DNA of 63,983 nucleotides, the filler included, from Octopus bimaculoides (taxonomy: Eukaryota): assembly GCF_001194135.2 (NCBI RefSeq). It is 7 parts of 6 records of this genome, joined end to end, with 100 filler letters (N's around TTAATTAATTAA, not from the genome) between each part and the next. Parts side by side here need not be neighbours in the genome. Positions count along the whole stretch, not along the records: positions 14,690 to 37,134 come from NC_069008.1; positions 37,235 to 44,997 come from NW_026420640.1; 5 more parts are not named here. One strand, given 5' to 3'. The translations under genes and the position numbers were made by a program. Each line of letters begins with the position of its first letter. Within the stretch, counting starts at the first letter, position 1. The notes beneath the pieces were generated by a model. It had not been told where the DNA came from. It ran no database searches and saw only the letters and a program-made list of their open reading frames with translations. Shown piece after piece: positions 25,899 to 38,769 of this stretch.

Positions 25899-26850
25899 NN
25901 NNNNNNNNNNNNNNNNNNNNNNNNNNNNNNNNNNNNNNNNNNNNNNNNNNNNNNNNNNNNNNNNNNNNNNNNNNNNNNNNNNNNNNNNNNNNNNNNNNNN
26001 NNNNNNNNNNNNNNNNNNNNNNNNNNNNNNNNNNNNNNNNNNNNNNNNNNNNNNNNNNNNNNNNNNNNNNNNNNNNNNNNNNNNNNNNNNNNNNNNNNNN
26101 NNNNNNNNNNNNNNNNNNNNNNNNNNNNNNNNNNNNNNNNNNNNNNNNNNNNNNNNNNNNNNNNNNNNNNNNNNNNNNNNNNNNNNNNNNNNNNNNNNNN
26201 NNNNNNNNNNNNNNNNNNNNNNNNNNNNNNNNNNNNNNNNNNNNNNNNNNNNNNNNNNNNNNNNNNNNNNNNNNNNNNNNNNNNNNNNNNNNNNNNNNNN
26301 NNNNNNNNNNNNNNNNNNNNNNNNNNNNNNNNNNNNNNNNNNNNNNNNNNNNNNNNNNNNNNNNNNNNNNNNNNNNNNNNNNNNNNNNNNNNNNNNNNNN
26401 NNNNNNNNNNNNNNNNNNNNNNNNNNNNNNNNNNNNNNNNNNNNNNNNNNNNNNNNNNNNNNNNNNNNNNNNNNNNNNNNNNNNNNNNNNNNNNNNNNNN
26501 NNNNNNNNNNNNNNNNNNNNNNNNNNNNNNNNNNNNNNNNNNNNNNNNNNNNNNNNNNNNNNNNNNNNNNNNNNNNNNNNNNNNNNNNNNNNNNNNNNNN
26601 NNNNNNNNNNNNNNNNNNNNNNNNNNNNNNNNNNNNNNNNNNNNNNNNNNNNNNNNNNNNNNNNNNNNNNNNNNNNNNNNNNNNNNNNNNNNNNNNNNNN
26701 NNNNNNNNNNNNNNNNNNNNNNNNNNNNNNNNNNNNNNNNNNNNNNNNNNNNNNNNNNNNNNNNNNNNNNNNNNNNNNNNNNNNNNNNNNNNNNNNNNNN
26801 NNNNNNNNNNNNNNNNNNNNNNNNNNNNNNNNNNNNNNNNNNNNNNNNNN

Positions 26851-26893
<43 letters not shown>

Positions 26894-26900
26894 GTATAGT

Positions 26901-27064
26901 GACAGAGAGAGAGGAAGAAGAGCAGTTAAAAAACTTATCTCCATACATGTTGAATGATCATTGTTTAAATAAACCATAGAATTGTCAATGCTTTATTTAA
27001 ACATTGATCATTCAACATACATGGAGATAAGTTCTTTAACTGCTCTTCTCCTTCTCTCTATGTC
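26901..27064. repeat. Long inverted repeat (about 73-bp arms, 18-nt loop); palindromic MITE-like element
   Basis: gagcagttaaaaaacttatctccatacatgttgaatgatcattgtttaaataaa versus tttatttaaacattgatcattcaacatacatggagataagttctttaactgctc: 4 mismatches in 54 bp, extended by GA/TC arms. Confidence 0.9.
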
Positions 27065-27129
27065 TCTCTCTCTCTCTCTCTACATATATATATGTATATA
27101 TTTTATCAGATAATTATGGCCAGTCTATG

Positions 27130-27455
27130 GGGTTACCCTGGGTTTCTTCAGACCCTAATGGCCAGTGGCCTATAACCTCTCTTCAAAGTGGAGGGAGAAA
27201 AGACCTTGTAGTTGCTTGTTGAATGCTGTCTGTAGATGACGTGGCCAGTTTGTGGGTCCCAGGACATCAGTAGGAATCTCCTGAAGTGTAAGCAGGGTCC
27301 AAAGACTTCTGCCCTGAAATTTAAGATGTTCCCTGGGTCAAGGGAGTTCTTTAATATACTCACCTGTTCAGCCATGCACAACTTGCAACACTTACTCCTG
27401 CAGATGTAGGGCCCTGATTCTTCTACGATCTTCCATGAGGTGGCCAAGGACATGA
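27130..27455 (-). mobile_element. Penelope-like GIY-YIG endonuclease 3' fragment with a degenerate hammerhead-like motif downstream
   Basis: SWKIVEESGPYICRSKCCKLCMAEQVSILKNSLDPGNILNFRAEVFGPCLH, followed by CTGAAGAA-ACCC-A-GGGT-AAC at about 27131-27152 (GAAA lost). Confidence 0.75.
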
Positions 27456-27859
27456 CGTATTGTCTCTCTGGGATCCTGAATGAGGATCTGTGATTATAGC
27501 AATGCTGCTTGAAGGTGTTTCTGGAGCATCCGATGTATCTTTGGTGGTGGTGGTGGTGGTGGTGGTGGTGGTGGTGGTCACAATGACGACGATGACAATG
27601 ATAATCATCATGATCAAGATCATGACAGTAATGTTGACAATATGAATATATTTTTGTATTGAGTGATGTTTGTACAAGAATCTATTTTCAACCTAAAAAA
27701 TAAAAAAACAACATTGGCAACGAGGGCACAAACAAGTTGTTTAATATATCATATCTCACAACTGCAAATTTACATTTTGAAATGCAAGTGACATATGCCA
27801 CACCAGCCTCATGGATTGCTTTATATCTCACTGCAATTAAAATGGATGTTAACACCAAC

Positions 27860-28050
27860 CAAATATGTTGAGTACTACTTTTTTTTGTATGTCTGTGTTT
27901 CTGTTTATTTCCACGTGTTCCTTTCCGTTGGAAAGTGTAGGCTCGAAACATAAAAGATTTTCTCACCTTCCCAATCATTAAACTAATACACCTGCTTCTT
28001 GTTTATACACCTGTCTTTGTCTTTTGTTGTTCTGTAAACTTCAACTATAT
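27860..28050 (+). mobile_element. Penelope-type terminal repeat, same family as 63060-63260, with decayed hammerhead motif
   Basis: ttcctttcCGTTGGAaagtgtaggctcGAAACATAaaaga (27921-27957) aligns with the reverse complement of 63154-63192. Confidence 0.55.
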
Positions 28051-28569
28051 ATATAATATATTCTTTTATTCTTTTACTTCTTTCAGTCATTTGACTGCAA
28101 CCATGCTGGAGCACTGGCCTTGAAGGGTTTTAGTTGAACAAATTGATCCCAGGACTTTTTTAAGCCTGATATTTATTCTATCGATCTCGTTTGCCTTTTG
28201 CCGAACTGCTAAGTTATAAGTACATAAACCCATCAACACTGGTTGTCAAGTAGTGGTGGGGGACAGACACAGACACAAAGACACACATTCATACATATAG
28301 TAATGCCTTGATACAGAAGTTAATTTGTTCCCGGAGACTGCTCGTAAAGTGAAAACTCATAAAGCAGAACAATAATTTCCCATAATAGCAAAGTTATAAA
28401 TCGTAATTCTTTCCCAGAAAAATCTTCTACCTAAAAAATTTATAATTATCATAAATAAATGGCAATAAAAGAACATTAGAATGAAAAGAATATTTTATGT
28501 AAAGTAAAAAGAATGTCAAGCTCATTTATAATAAAAAATATCATTATTATAATCGTTTTCTGAATCACT

Positions 28570-28980
28570 TTCATTCGCACTAGGCAATTAGCAGCATTTT
28601 GTTCATCTTTACGTTCTGAGTTCAAATTCCATTGAGGCCAACCTTGCCTTCCATCATTTCAGGGACCGATGAAATAAGTACCTATTGAACCCTGGGATTG
28701 ATGTTATCCACATACTCCTTCCCCCAAAACTTGCTGGCCTAGCACCAAGATTTGAATGCAATATATTAAGGTAGTGAGCTGGCAGAATCATTAACATGCC
28801 AGGCAAAATGCTTAGCAGCATTCATCTGTCTTTACATTCTGAGTTCAAATTCTAAGAAGGTTGACTTTGGCTTTGATACTTTTGGGGTCAATAAAATAAG
28901 TTACGGTTGAGAACTGGGGTTAATATAATCAACTTGGCCTTTCTCCAAAACTGCTGGCCTTCTGACAAAATTTGAAACCA
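28570..28980 (+). mobile_element. Two tandem family-A SINEs with all CpGs decayed
   Basis: gagctggcagaatcattaacatgccaggcaaaatgcttagcagcatt...gagttcaaatt, compared with the CpG-intact copy at 48205-48425. Confidence 0.8.
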
Positions 28981-29152
28981 ATAATAATCAATGCAGCTGC
29001 AAAGTGCACGTCATCTATTTGTTTTTATGCTGGGTAACGTGTGACAGGATTTTCAACTTTTATTTATTTATTTCAAGACTTACAATTCATAAAAAACTAA
29101 GAACAAAACAACAAACAGATTGTAAGATTTACTTTTGTTCATCATGCAAATT

Positions 29153-29193
<41 letters not shown>

Positions 29194-29514
29194 CGCACAC
29201 ACACACCTTATTTAGGCACAAAAGTATAGATTCATAAACATATACTTGCATGCAGATGCGCATAAACATGCACACATTCATCTATACATGCACATTATAC
29301 ACACACACACATACATACACACACACACACACGCATACTGACACATGTTATTACTGTATAGCAGATGCAGACATGGCTGTGTGGTAAGAAGTTTACTTCC
29401 TAACCACATGGTTCCCGGTTCAGTCCAGCTGCATGGTACCTCAGGCAAGTATCTTCGGGCTGACCAAAGCTTCTTGAGTTGATTTAGATTTGGTAGGCAG
29501 AAACTGAAAGAAGC

Positions 29515-29553
<39 letters not shown>

Positions 29554-30088
29554 ATGATAATTGTTATGTATCATAAATAAGATAACCAGACAACAGTAAA
29601 AACAATGTAACAAACTAACAAATCTCTTTACGAACCAACAATCAATATTCCTTGTGAACTAACCAAACCAACATCTGATTTCACTGAGAACTAATACAAA
29701 CTTCACTTGACTCCAAACTCTGAGCTTTTGAAATCACTCATATTTTTTATTATTTATACTTTACTCAGACCAGTCTATCTCCTGCAAAGGGGCATCATAA
29801 CTCTCATCACATCTCTTCTTTTGACATTTTCGACTACTGTGAGAAAATAGAATTTCTTTTATTTTATTCTTTTTTACTTTCCAGCACCTCTTCCACGTTT
29901 TTTTTTTTTTTTTTTTTTTTTAGCTGTTGTATCTTAATTTTGCCCAACTTTTAAGGTAGTATTGTTCATTGCACACAGCGCTTTTTCTTTCCGCTGTACT
30001 AAGCCTTCTTGATAGCACGCTTGTTTTTTGTTTCTTTCTTTCTTTGTTGCTTTGTTTCTCTTGTTTGTTTGGGGGGGTTTTTGAAAAT

Positions 30089-33000
30089 TTAATATCTTTT
30101 TTGTTTAGGTATTACTTCCAGATATTCAGTCTGTTTTTGTTTTCTGAAGCTAGTCCTACAGGGTTCAATATCTCTCAGTGCTGGCACATCAAACATATAG
30201 AGGACTTCCATTAGTATTACTCTTTGTTCTTCTCTATGTCTCATCTTTAACTGGTTAAGGTGTCACTTATGTTCTGAACATTGTCCTTTTATTAAATACA
30301 TCATGTTACCTAATCTTTTGATTACACAGCCATCCTCCCAAACTTTTTTACCATTCTTGTAATTTTTTAAATTAACTTTATTTCCTACTTCAAAATGTTT
30401 TGTAATATTTCTTGTATTTCTTTCAAATGTATTTTTTGTCTTTCCTTTATATGTATTTTTTCCTGGCAATAATTTATCAAAGATCGATTTTATTTTACAC
30501 ACGGACATTAACTCTGCTTGTGACTTCCCTGAATTACTATTTGGATTTGGATTATTCTATATACTCTCGAAACTTTTGTTAGTGCTTCATCATTATCTAG
30601 CTCATTCCTAGCTTTTCTTAGAGCTCTTTTGAACAAATCCTTCAACCAGCCCATTTGACCTCAGGTGATAGGGTGGGGGGTAAAGATGTGTTTTATGACA
30701 TGTATTTTGCAGAAATTTCTTAATTCATATCCTATGAATTGTGTTCCATTATCTGAAACTAATGTGTCTGGAACACCGTATTGAGCAAATAACTCGAGTA
30801 GGAACTTTAGTGTTGTCTTTGCTGTGGGTTTATTACATCTGCATACCCCTGGTCACTTCGTATAGCTATCCGCAATGATTAGATAGTATGCACTGTTCAT
30901 TGGTCCAAAATTGTTGATATGTATCCTGGACTATGGGCTCTCAGTCACTGGCCATGGTTGGTATTTTACTGGTGGTGCTTTGGTTGCCAACGTGCAACCT
31001 CTACTGGCTTTCCCCAGTTTCTCAATATCCCTGTCCATAGTTGGCATTTTACTGACCAATTCCATTTTACTTCTTTTTTTAGTAAATCATTTAATGATGC
31101 TCTCAATTTTTGTATACTTGGAATGTACTGTTGATAGTAATTTGCAAGGCCAAGGAAAGCTTGTAATGTCAGTATATTTGTTGGAGGCGGCATATTCTTG
31201 ACTGTGTCTGCCTTCAACAGGCCAGGACATCTTCCATTCTTATCTATGATTTGACCTAGGTATTTGACTTTAGGCAAAAAAATTCACACTTCTCTTCACT
31301 GATTGTGAAACCATAATCTTTACTTATTTTAAAGACACACTTCACGTGTTCAATATGCTCATTCCATGATTTGCTTTTGATTAACACATTAAATTGACAG
31401 TCTGTCAACATAGCATCCATCATCTGTTGAAATATTTCAGTCCAAAACGTAGTCTACTGCATTTACATAGACCTCTGTGCATGTTGACCATTAACATCTT
31501 TGAGCATTTTTTATCTACTTTGATTTGTAGATATGAGCCAGACAGATTGAGTTTTGAAAATATTTTCCCTCTGTTTCGTTTTGTAAAGATATTTTCGTTA
31601 GTGGATAATAGTTCATTTTTAAACAGTCATTTAAACCAGTCAAAAAATTGGCTCACAACCTAATTGTGTTATTTTTCTTTTTTATACATACAGTTGGAGC
31701 TGCCCATTTCGTGTAATCCACTTTTTCAATGATTCCGGTTTTTTTCCAATCTGTCCAACTCATTGTCCCTTGCTTTATTTCCACAAAAGGCACTTTCCTA
31801 TCAAGCTTGAACACAGGTGTAACATTATCATCTAATTCAAAACTTGCTTCAGTCTTTGTGTATAGACCTAATTTGTCCAAGATTACTTGCAGAAACATTT
31901 TTTTAAATGTTCTCTTTAATTCTTCAGATAAATAATTTTTAGAGGGACAGCCATTTACATTTTTACANNNNNNNNNNNNNNNNNNNNNNNNNNNNNNNNN
32001 NNNNNNNNNNNNNNNNNNNNNNNNNNNNNNNNNNNNNNNNNNNNNNNNNNNNNNNNNNNNNNNNNNNNNNNNNNNNNNNNNNNNNNNNNNNNNNNNNNNN
32101 NNNNNNNNNNNNNNNNNNNNNNNNNNNNNNNNNNNNNNNNNNNNNNNNNNNNNNNNNNNNNNNNNNNNNNNNNNNNNNNNNNNNNNNNNNNNNNNNNNNN
32201 NNNNNNNNNNNNNNNNNNNNNNNNNNNNNNNNNNNNNNNNNNNNNNNNNNNNNNNNNNNNNNNNNNNNNNNNNNNNNNNNNNNNNNNNNNNNNNNNNNNN
32301 NNNNNNNNNNNNNNNNNNNNNNNNNNNNNNNNNNNNNNNNNNNNNNNNNNNNNNNNNNNNNNNNNNNNNNNNNNNNNNNNNNNNNNNNNNNNNNNNNNNN
32401 NNTTGAAATATCACTTTCAGTATCCAATTGAAGCTTAATATGTATTTCATTTATTTTTATGTGTACGAATTTTCTTATTTGGGAGTTGATTTTCGTTTCT
32501 GCTGAGAGCACACTAGGATTTTTAATGTTTGACCTTCGTTGTTTTGTTTTGCAGTGTGAACTCTTGTGACTAATTCTTTTGCATCTGTAATATTTTTGAT
32601 TTTTAAATGGACAGTCTTTTCTGAAATGTATGCCCCCATAACATGAATTAGGACATGACACTCTTTTATGGTTGAACTTTTCTAGTCAGCATATCTGTAT
32701 TTTTGAGGAATCCTTTTCTTGAATTCTTTATACATCGTGTTTCAGGTTTACCATCTTTTGGCATTCTTCTGCAATGGATTGTAAGGTTAGATCTTGGTTT
32801 GCCTGTTTCAATTTAGAAAGAATTCTTGCCCAAATTTCTGTATCTTTGCTTGTTGTAAGGCCTTGTACAAAAATAAGACATTTGAACATTTCAGGTGTTC
32901 TTTGAGTTTAAACTTTCAGACATCCTGTTGACTACATTATTTACATTATTTACATTTGACGGATATTTATCCTCATCTTGTTTGTTGTTAACACAGTGTT

Positions 33001-33670
33001 TCAGCTGATATACCCTCCAGCCTTCATCAGGTGTCTTGGGGAAATTTCAAACCTGGGTTCTCATTCCTAAGGTATTTTTGCTGTTGTTGTTGTTGTTGTT
33101 ATCATTATTATTATTCTTATTGTTATTATTATTATCATCATCNNNNNNNNNNNNNNNNNNNNNNNNNNNNNCCACGCTGGTTTTATCTGTAAACAATCTC
33201 TGCATTGGATTTCTTCTGTGTCGTGCCTTACTTTTAATATCATATCACACTCTTCTGATAGTTTCTGGAGAGTGATATCCTGGTTCATTTCCAGCTTTGC
33301 GAGAATTTTCTTTCTGACTTCTGTGTCCTTTGTAGCAGTAAGTCCCTGACTTTTGGTCAGGGACTTACTGCTTGAACGAGTCTGAAAGTTTATCCAGTTT
33401 AAATCTCTCACGCTCTCTGTTCACTCCACACGTATATGAGGTAAAGTCTTCACCATCACTTTTCTCAGTGTTCAAACACTTCTGTGTATTGAACAACGAT
33501 GTTTTTTCACTAAACATGCTACATAAAATATCAATGTGTCCGTGAAATTTATGTCAGAAACTTTTTTAGGCAATATAAAGTTACAGTATTTCTCATGCTC
33601 TCTCGTTGCCAGTTTCCTCAGAATTAGACATGTCTTCATTTTGTCTATTCCTCCCATGCCTTACATGTGT
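30089..33670 (-). mobile_element. Ty3/Gypsy LTR retrotransposon remnant (gag, protease, RT, integrase) lacking RNase H
   Basis: Gag LRKLATREHEKYCNFILPKK and CCHC knuckles (C..C.GIHFRKDCPFKNQ..YRCKRISHKSSHC); protease LQLDTESDIS; RT KWAAPTVCIKK, YLQIKVD, VKYLGQIID, LQAFLGLANYY; integrase RIHI..FGPM, YGVPDTLVSDNGTQF, PPYHLRSNG. LTRs not identified. Confidence 0.92.
32930..33142 (-). mobile_element. Penelope-type terminal repeat nested in the Gypsy gag, with an inactivated hammerhead (32990-33035)
   Basis: Near-identical to 59335-59445; reads GACAC-CUGAUGA-stem II-GAAAC-ACU-GUGUU, so the U of the NUH triplet is lost. Confidence 0.7.
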
Positions 33671-33836
33671 TACTAATCATGCAACCCAACCCCTTCCCAT
33701 TCCGCACACAATTCAATATTGCAACTGTCTTTCTGGGGCCAATAGGATGGCAATGCCATCAAATATCCTTGTTCCTCTCTATCTTTCTCTCTCTTTCTCT
33801 CCCGCTCTCTCTCCCTGAATCCCTTTCTCTATTTCC

Positions 33837-33874
<38 letters not shown>

Positions 33875-34015
33875 NNNNNNNNNNNNNNNNNNNNNNNNNN
33901 NNNNNNNNNNNNNNNNNNNNNNNNNNNNNNNNNNNNNNNNNNNNNNNNNNNNNNNNNNNNNNNNNNNNNNNNNNNNNNNNNNNNNNNNNNNNNNNNNNNN
34001 NNNNNNNNNNNNNNN

Positions 34016-34090
<75 letters not shown>

Positions 34091-34428
34091 TCCTAGCTTC
34101 TTCTTCCTTTCAGCTTTCCAGGTATCACTAAGTATCCAAGTTTTTTGTAATCTTTTCTCTTTCATCTTTTACTTGTTTCAGTCATTGGTTTGTGGCCATG
34201 CTGGGGCACGACCTCTAACAATTTTAGTCTAACAAATTGCACTCTGTACTTATCTAAGTCTGGTACCTATTCAGTCAGCCATTTTTTTTTTGCCAAACCA
34301 CTGAATCAAGGGGACATAAACAAACTAACTTTGGTAGTCAAGCAGTAGTGGGTGATAAACACACACACACACACATACATATCATATATATGTATGTATA
34401 TATGTATATATAAATACGTATACGTGTG

Positions 34429-34460
<32 letters not shown>

Positions 34461-34523
34461 CAACCACGTGCTGTCCTTTAAACTTAAACATAAGGCAAAT
34501 TGTACATCATTATCCTGTAAGAT

Positions 34524-34745
34524 TTGGGAATTGAAGGAAGTGGAATTGGCTTTAGCCTCAAATGGGAAATAATAAGAAAAGAACAACCTTATAGAAATAG
34601 CAAATATGGGTGTGGACTGTGTTCTATGGAAACAAATGAAATTTTTAAGCATAAAGATAAAAGTAACCTGATTAATAATCGATTAGATCTTAGGGTATCA
34701 TGTGTACATAGGGTCACCCATACCTTTAAATATTTTAGAAAGTAG
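34524..34745 (+). mobile_element. Penelope-like GIY-YIG endonuclease 3' fragment
   Basis: FSLKWEIIRKEQPYRNSKYGCGLCSMETNEIFKHKDKSNLINNRLDLRVSCVH. Confidence 0.75.
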
Positions 34746-35081
34746 TACTTTATTGATCTTGTGATTTAATACCTGTAATATACCTCTTAGTTTAAAATCA
34801 GTATATAGTTAGAATGTCTTACAACATCAATATTCCTTTAGTTAACATAGGATATCAATCATTATAGACATAAGCTAAATAAGCAAATAAACAATTTTTA
34901 GTTTTAAATACTTGAATTATTATACATTTTCTATAATCTTCTCTATTGATGTTATTATGTTGTATATATATTTCATCATGGTTTTTAGTGATTAAGCTGT
35001 TTTATATCCTTTTCTATGGTATTCTACCCTACCCTATCATTTTAATACGTTTTTAATACTTTATAATTGCCTTTAGATAAA

Positions 35082-35418
35082 GCTAAATTTTTGTACCCCT
35101 ATAAATTCATACTTAGCTTATATAAAACAACAAGGGTATCTTCACAATTTAAAATTAAACTGCTTAGATTATAATTTAATTAATATATAGTAAATTTGTT
35201 CTTTCGCCTCAATGCTAAATCTTCTTGATAACCCTAAATTTTAACTTTATATTTATCCCTCTCTTGTTTTTTATTATTTTATAATAGCCTTTATTTATTT
35301 ATAAAATAAATCTAATTTTTGTACCTCTATAAACTCATACTTAGCTTATATAAAGCTATACCAGTATATTCACTACTTAAAATAAACTGCTTAGTTTATA
35401 ATTTAATTAACATATAGT
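35082..35418 (+). repeat. Direct repeat of about 110 bp (35082-35191 and 35311-35418)
   Basis: ctaa.tttttgtacc.ctataaa.tcatacttagcttatataaa...aaactgcttag.ttataatttaattaa.atatagt occurs twice. Confidence 0.8.
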
Positions 35419-37103
35419 TAGCATGTTCTGTTACCTCAGTACTCCTTTATTAAATACCAGTTATTATACCAGATATAATATACCAATTGATCAATATTCA
35501 CAGACACCATCTGATAAGTTAGTATTTAAGTATATAATATGTATAAATATTAAAATATTTCTAGATAATTTCTTTTCATCCCTCTATTGTGGTAAGAGTT
35601 TGGTAAATACTCAAAAGTATTCAAAAAAACTTTTTATCCTTTTTGTCATAATATTCTTCTTAATAATCTTCTGCTTTATACAACATGGCAATATTGTTTA
35701 AAATATTTTAACTATAGTACTACATGATAAGATTTCCCTGGTTTTCATAATCATTGGTCTGCTAGTGGCCAGCTCCTTTAATTGTCAGCTAACATCTTGA
35801 TTTAAGGTTTCCTTTACCAAATCTCTTGATATTGCTTCTAATAAATCTTGATAGTTTTTTATGACTTACCCACTATGATTTCTGTTGACTCCCTCAGCCC
35901 CAATCCTAACAGACACGACTCTTTGTTCTCTCAGATCATAGATATACAAAGATTTGATAAAACTAGTTTATAAATTAAAAATGACCCCATAAAATAGTGA
36001 CAAGCAAAATCTGTAACAAGTCTTTCTTGATACTTTAGTAGCTTCTAAGCTGAAGTGAAGGCAGCATGTTCTTTCTCTATCTCCTTACCTTCTTGGAGAT
36101 TTTAGGTAAAATTATACTGTGTCCATCTGTTTTAATTTAATTATATTCTATGCATTTACGCAGCTGAGGATTGCTCTGCATTTAAATTGATGTAATGATT
36201 ACATTGTTCAATTAAATGGAGTTGCTTGAAACAATCGTACTGCATTACCTCTGGATATCCTTGCTGCTTATTTTGATTTTATTCACCTTAATTTGAAATT
36301 GTATGGATAATACCGTACTAAATTCTGGTGCCTCAACTTACGTACTATATTCATCTGAATGTATATATATATATATATATATACATATATATATTCAATT
36401 CAGAAAGACACAGAGAAAACGAAAAAAAACAAAAACAAACATAACACAAGTAATGTACTAATAAGATGCTCAGAGAAGGAAAAGAGAAGTTTTATGTTTC
36501 CAGCATAGTTCTTACATAGATATATATATATTTAAGTATATAATTATAAAAGTATAAATATAATTATGGGCGCTGGAATGCCAGCACCTATATGCAAGAA
36601 GTAGACGTCAAATACCTACAATCCACTCTAAATTTGTTTTCTGTTTATAACTCCAGGTTGAATGTGAGGTAATGAACAAGAATTACAAAAATTTCATGTT
36701 CTGTAATAAAGATTACTTTGCAATGCTCAATAGAGATACACTGACAAATATATTTGCGAAAAATTCATATACATAGTGACCTTTATAACAGAGCATGAAA
36801 TCTTAGGATATAGGATTATCCAAAATTTTTGTAAAGAAGCCCGTCATATATATATATATGTGTGTGTGTCTGTGTGTATGTATGTCTGTGTGTTTCTGTC
36901 CGTGCTTGTCCTCTCACCATCACTTGACAACTGATGTTCATGTGCTTACATCCCTTTAACTTAGTTCAGCAAGAGAGACTAGTAGAATAAATACCAGGCT
37001 TACAAAGAATAAGTCCAGGGGTCGATTTCTTCGACTAAAAGGTGGCGCTCTTGCATGGCCACAGTCAAAATGGCTGAAACAAGTAAAGGAATAAAAAATA
37101 AAA

Positions 37104-37134
<31 letters not shown>

Positions 37135-37234
37135 NNNNNNNNNNNNNNNNNNNNNNNNNNNNNNNNNNNNNNNNNNNNTTAATTAATTAANNNNNNNNNN
37201 NNNNNNNNNNNNNNNNNNNNNNNNNNNNNNNNNN

Positions 37235-37606
37235 CTCAGTTCTGCTGGTTGCAGGTCTCCCAGAACATTCGTCAATATCAACATCTTTTCGTCCATCTTG
37301 GAAACGTCTGAACCACCCTTACATACGCGTGCGGCTCATAAAACCCACTCCATACATTATCTGCAACTTAGCGTATGCGTCTGAGCCGGTATCGCCACGA
37401 AAACTTTCTCTGTCATGGTCAAGGAGACGATCACACGTTATACATGTTCTAAGCACTGCTGTAAGCAGGGTAAGTCAGTTTGAACATTAAAACTCAGTGT
37501 TCATGCACAACACAGCTGAAGGTGAATCTGTGCCAAGCGGCTTTACTCTGCGTACATTAGCTTCGTTACTATCGCAATATTCCAGATACTTATTGATCAA
37601 ACCTGG
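37235..37606 (-). mobile_element. 5' end of a second mariner family element (TIR and N-terminal HTH), cut by a gap
   Basis: TA|CCAGGTTTGATCAATAAGTATCTGG TIR at 37606 downward; LQIMYGVGFMSRTRM*GWFRRFQDGRKDVDIDECSGRPATSRTE. Confidence 0.8.
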
Positions 37607-38736
37607 TATACAGCGAAGAAATGAATGCATGAATGTGATCCGCTCGATATCCATAGATTTTATGGAGTGTACTGTAATAATATCAGGAATACGGACTATG
37701 GTCTTAAGAAATACATCAACTGTGGAAACGCGCGTAGCAATGCATTAAAATATTCATAATTACATCGATGGATTATTATTATTATTATTACTATTACTAT
37801 TAGAGGTTTGGCTGTATATTCTATTTACATCGTGAATGTTTATCAATGTCATGATAAGTCTCTCTTCTGTTACATTTGGACGAACTAAACCACGTTTTAT
37901 GAGTCCTCTGTTACGGAGTCTTTAGAATCATTTCAATGTCGGACAAAATATGTCATAGCATTTGGTTTTATTCCTTTACATTCTGACTACTGGTTTTCAT
38001 TTTGCTTTTTATCCTCCTCGGTTTAATAAAGTAAAGAACACCATGTAAATATGTGCTATAGTTGACAAGATATTGAATTTGCCATCGTAACGTAGCTAAT
38101 GCTAGAAGAGGTAGGACTGATGTCAAGAAATATATCTATATTATGGTATATTTGTATATTCTTTATAAGAATTTCTTTTATGCATTCAATTTGTGTTTGC
38201 CATATCTATGTTTAAAAAACTAAATTATTTCAATTTTTTTCTTTTTTTCAGTTCATATTCAATATACGTCTTCATTATATTGTTTTGGAATAACTAATTT
38301 ACAGAATTAAAACTCTTTCGAACTGTATTCTTCTCGTGACATTTTAACGTTCTCCGTTCCAATCCCGCCAAAATCAACTTTGATATATTTTAATGCTTAT
38401 GTCGTTAATAAAATAAGCAGCAATTGAGTTGGTACTAAGGTCGGTGTATAAGTGCTCCCTTACGAAATATTGATATGGCTTATTAGCCATCCATGGATAC
38501 CGCTGACCTTTCAAAGGTCAAGAAATTAATTCCCTCCTTGCTCATCTGTTGCTAAATTAATATTAATAAGAAAATTGATTTGAACAAATTGGTATCTATT
38601 TTTATATAAAAAAAACGAAGACTTAATATTTTTATCACTTTCCAATTAATCTTTATTCATTACTATTTATTCATGTTATTATATTTTTATATCACACACT
38701 ACATACACATACATACACACACACCTACACCTACAC

Positions 38737-38769
<33 letters not shown>

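Noticed and set aside
35505-35566. CTGATAAG followed by a 10-bp hairpin, like a decayed hammerhead after the third Penelope fragment
   Set aside because: GAAAC and stem I cannot be recovered without assuming several mutations.
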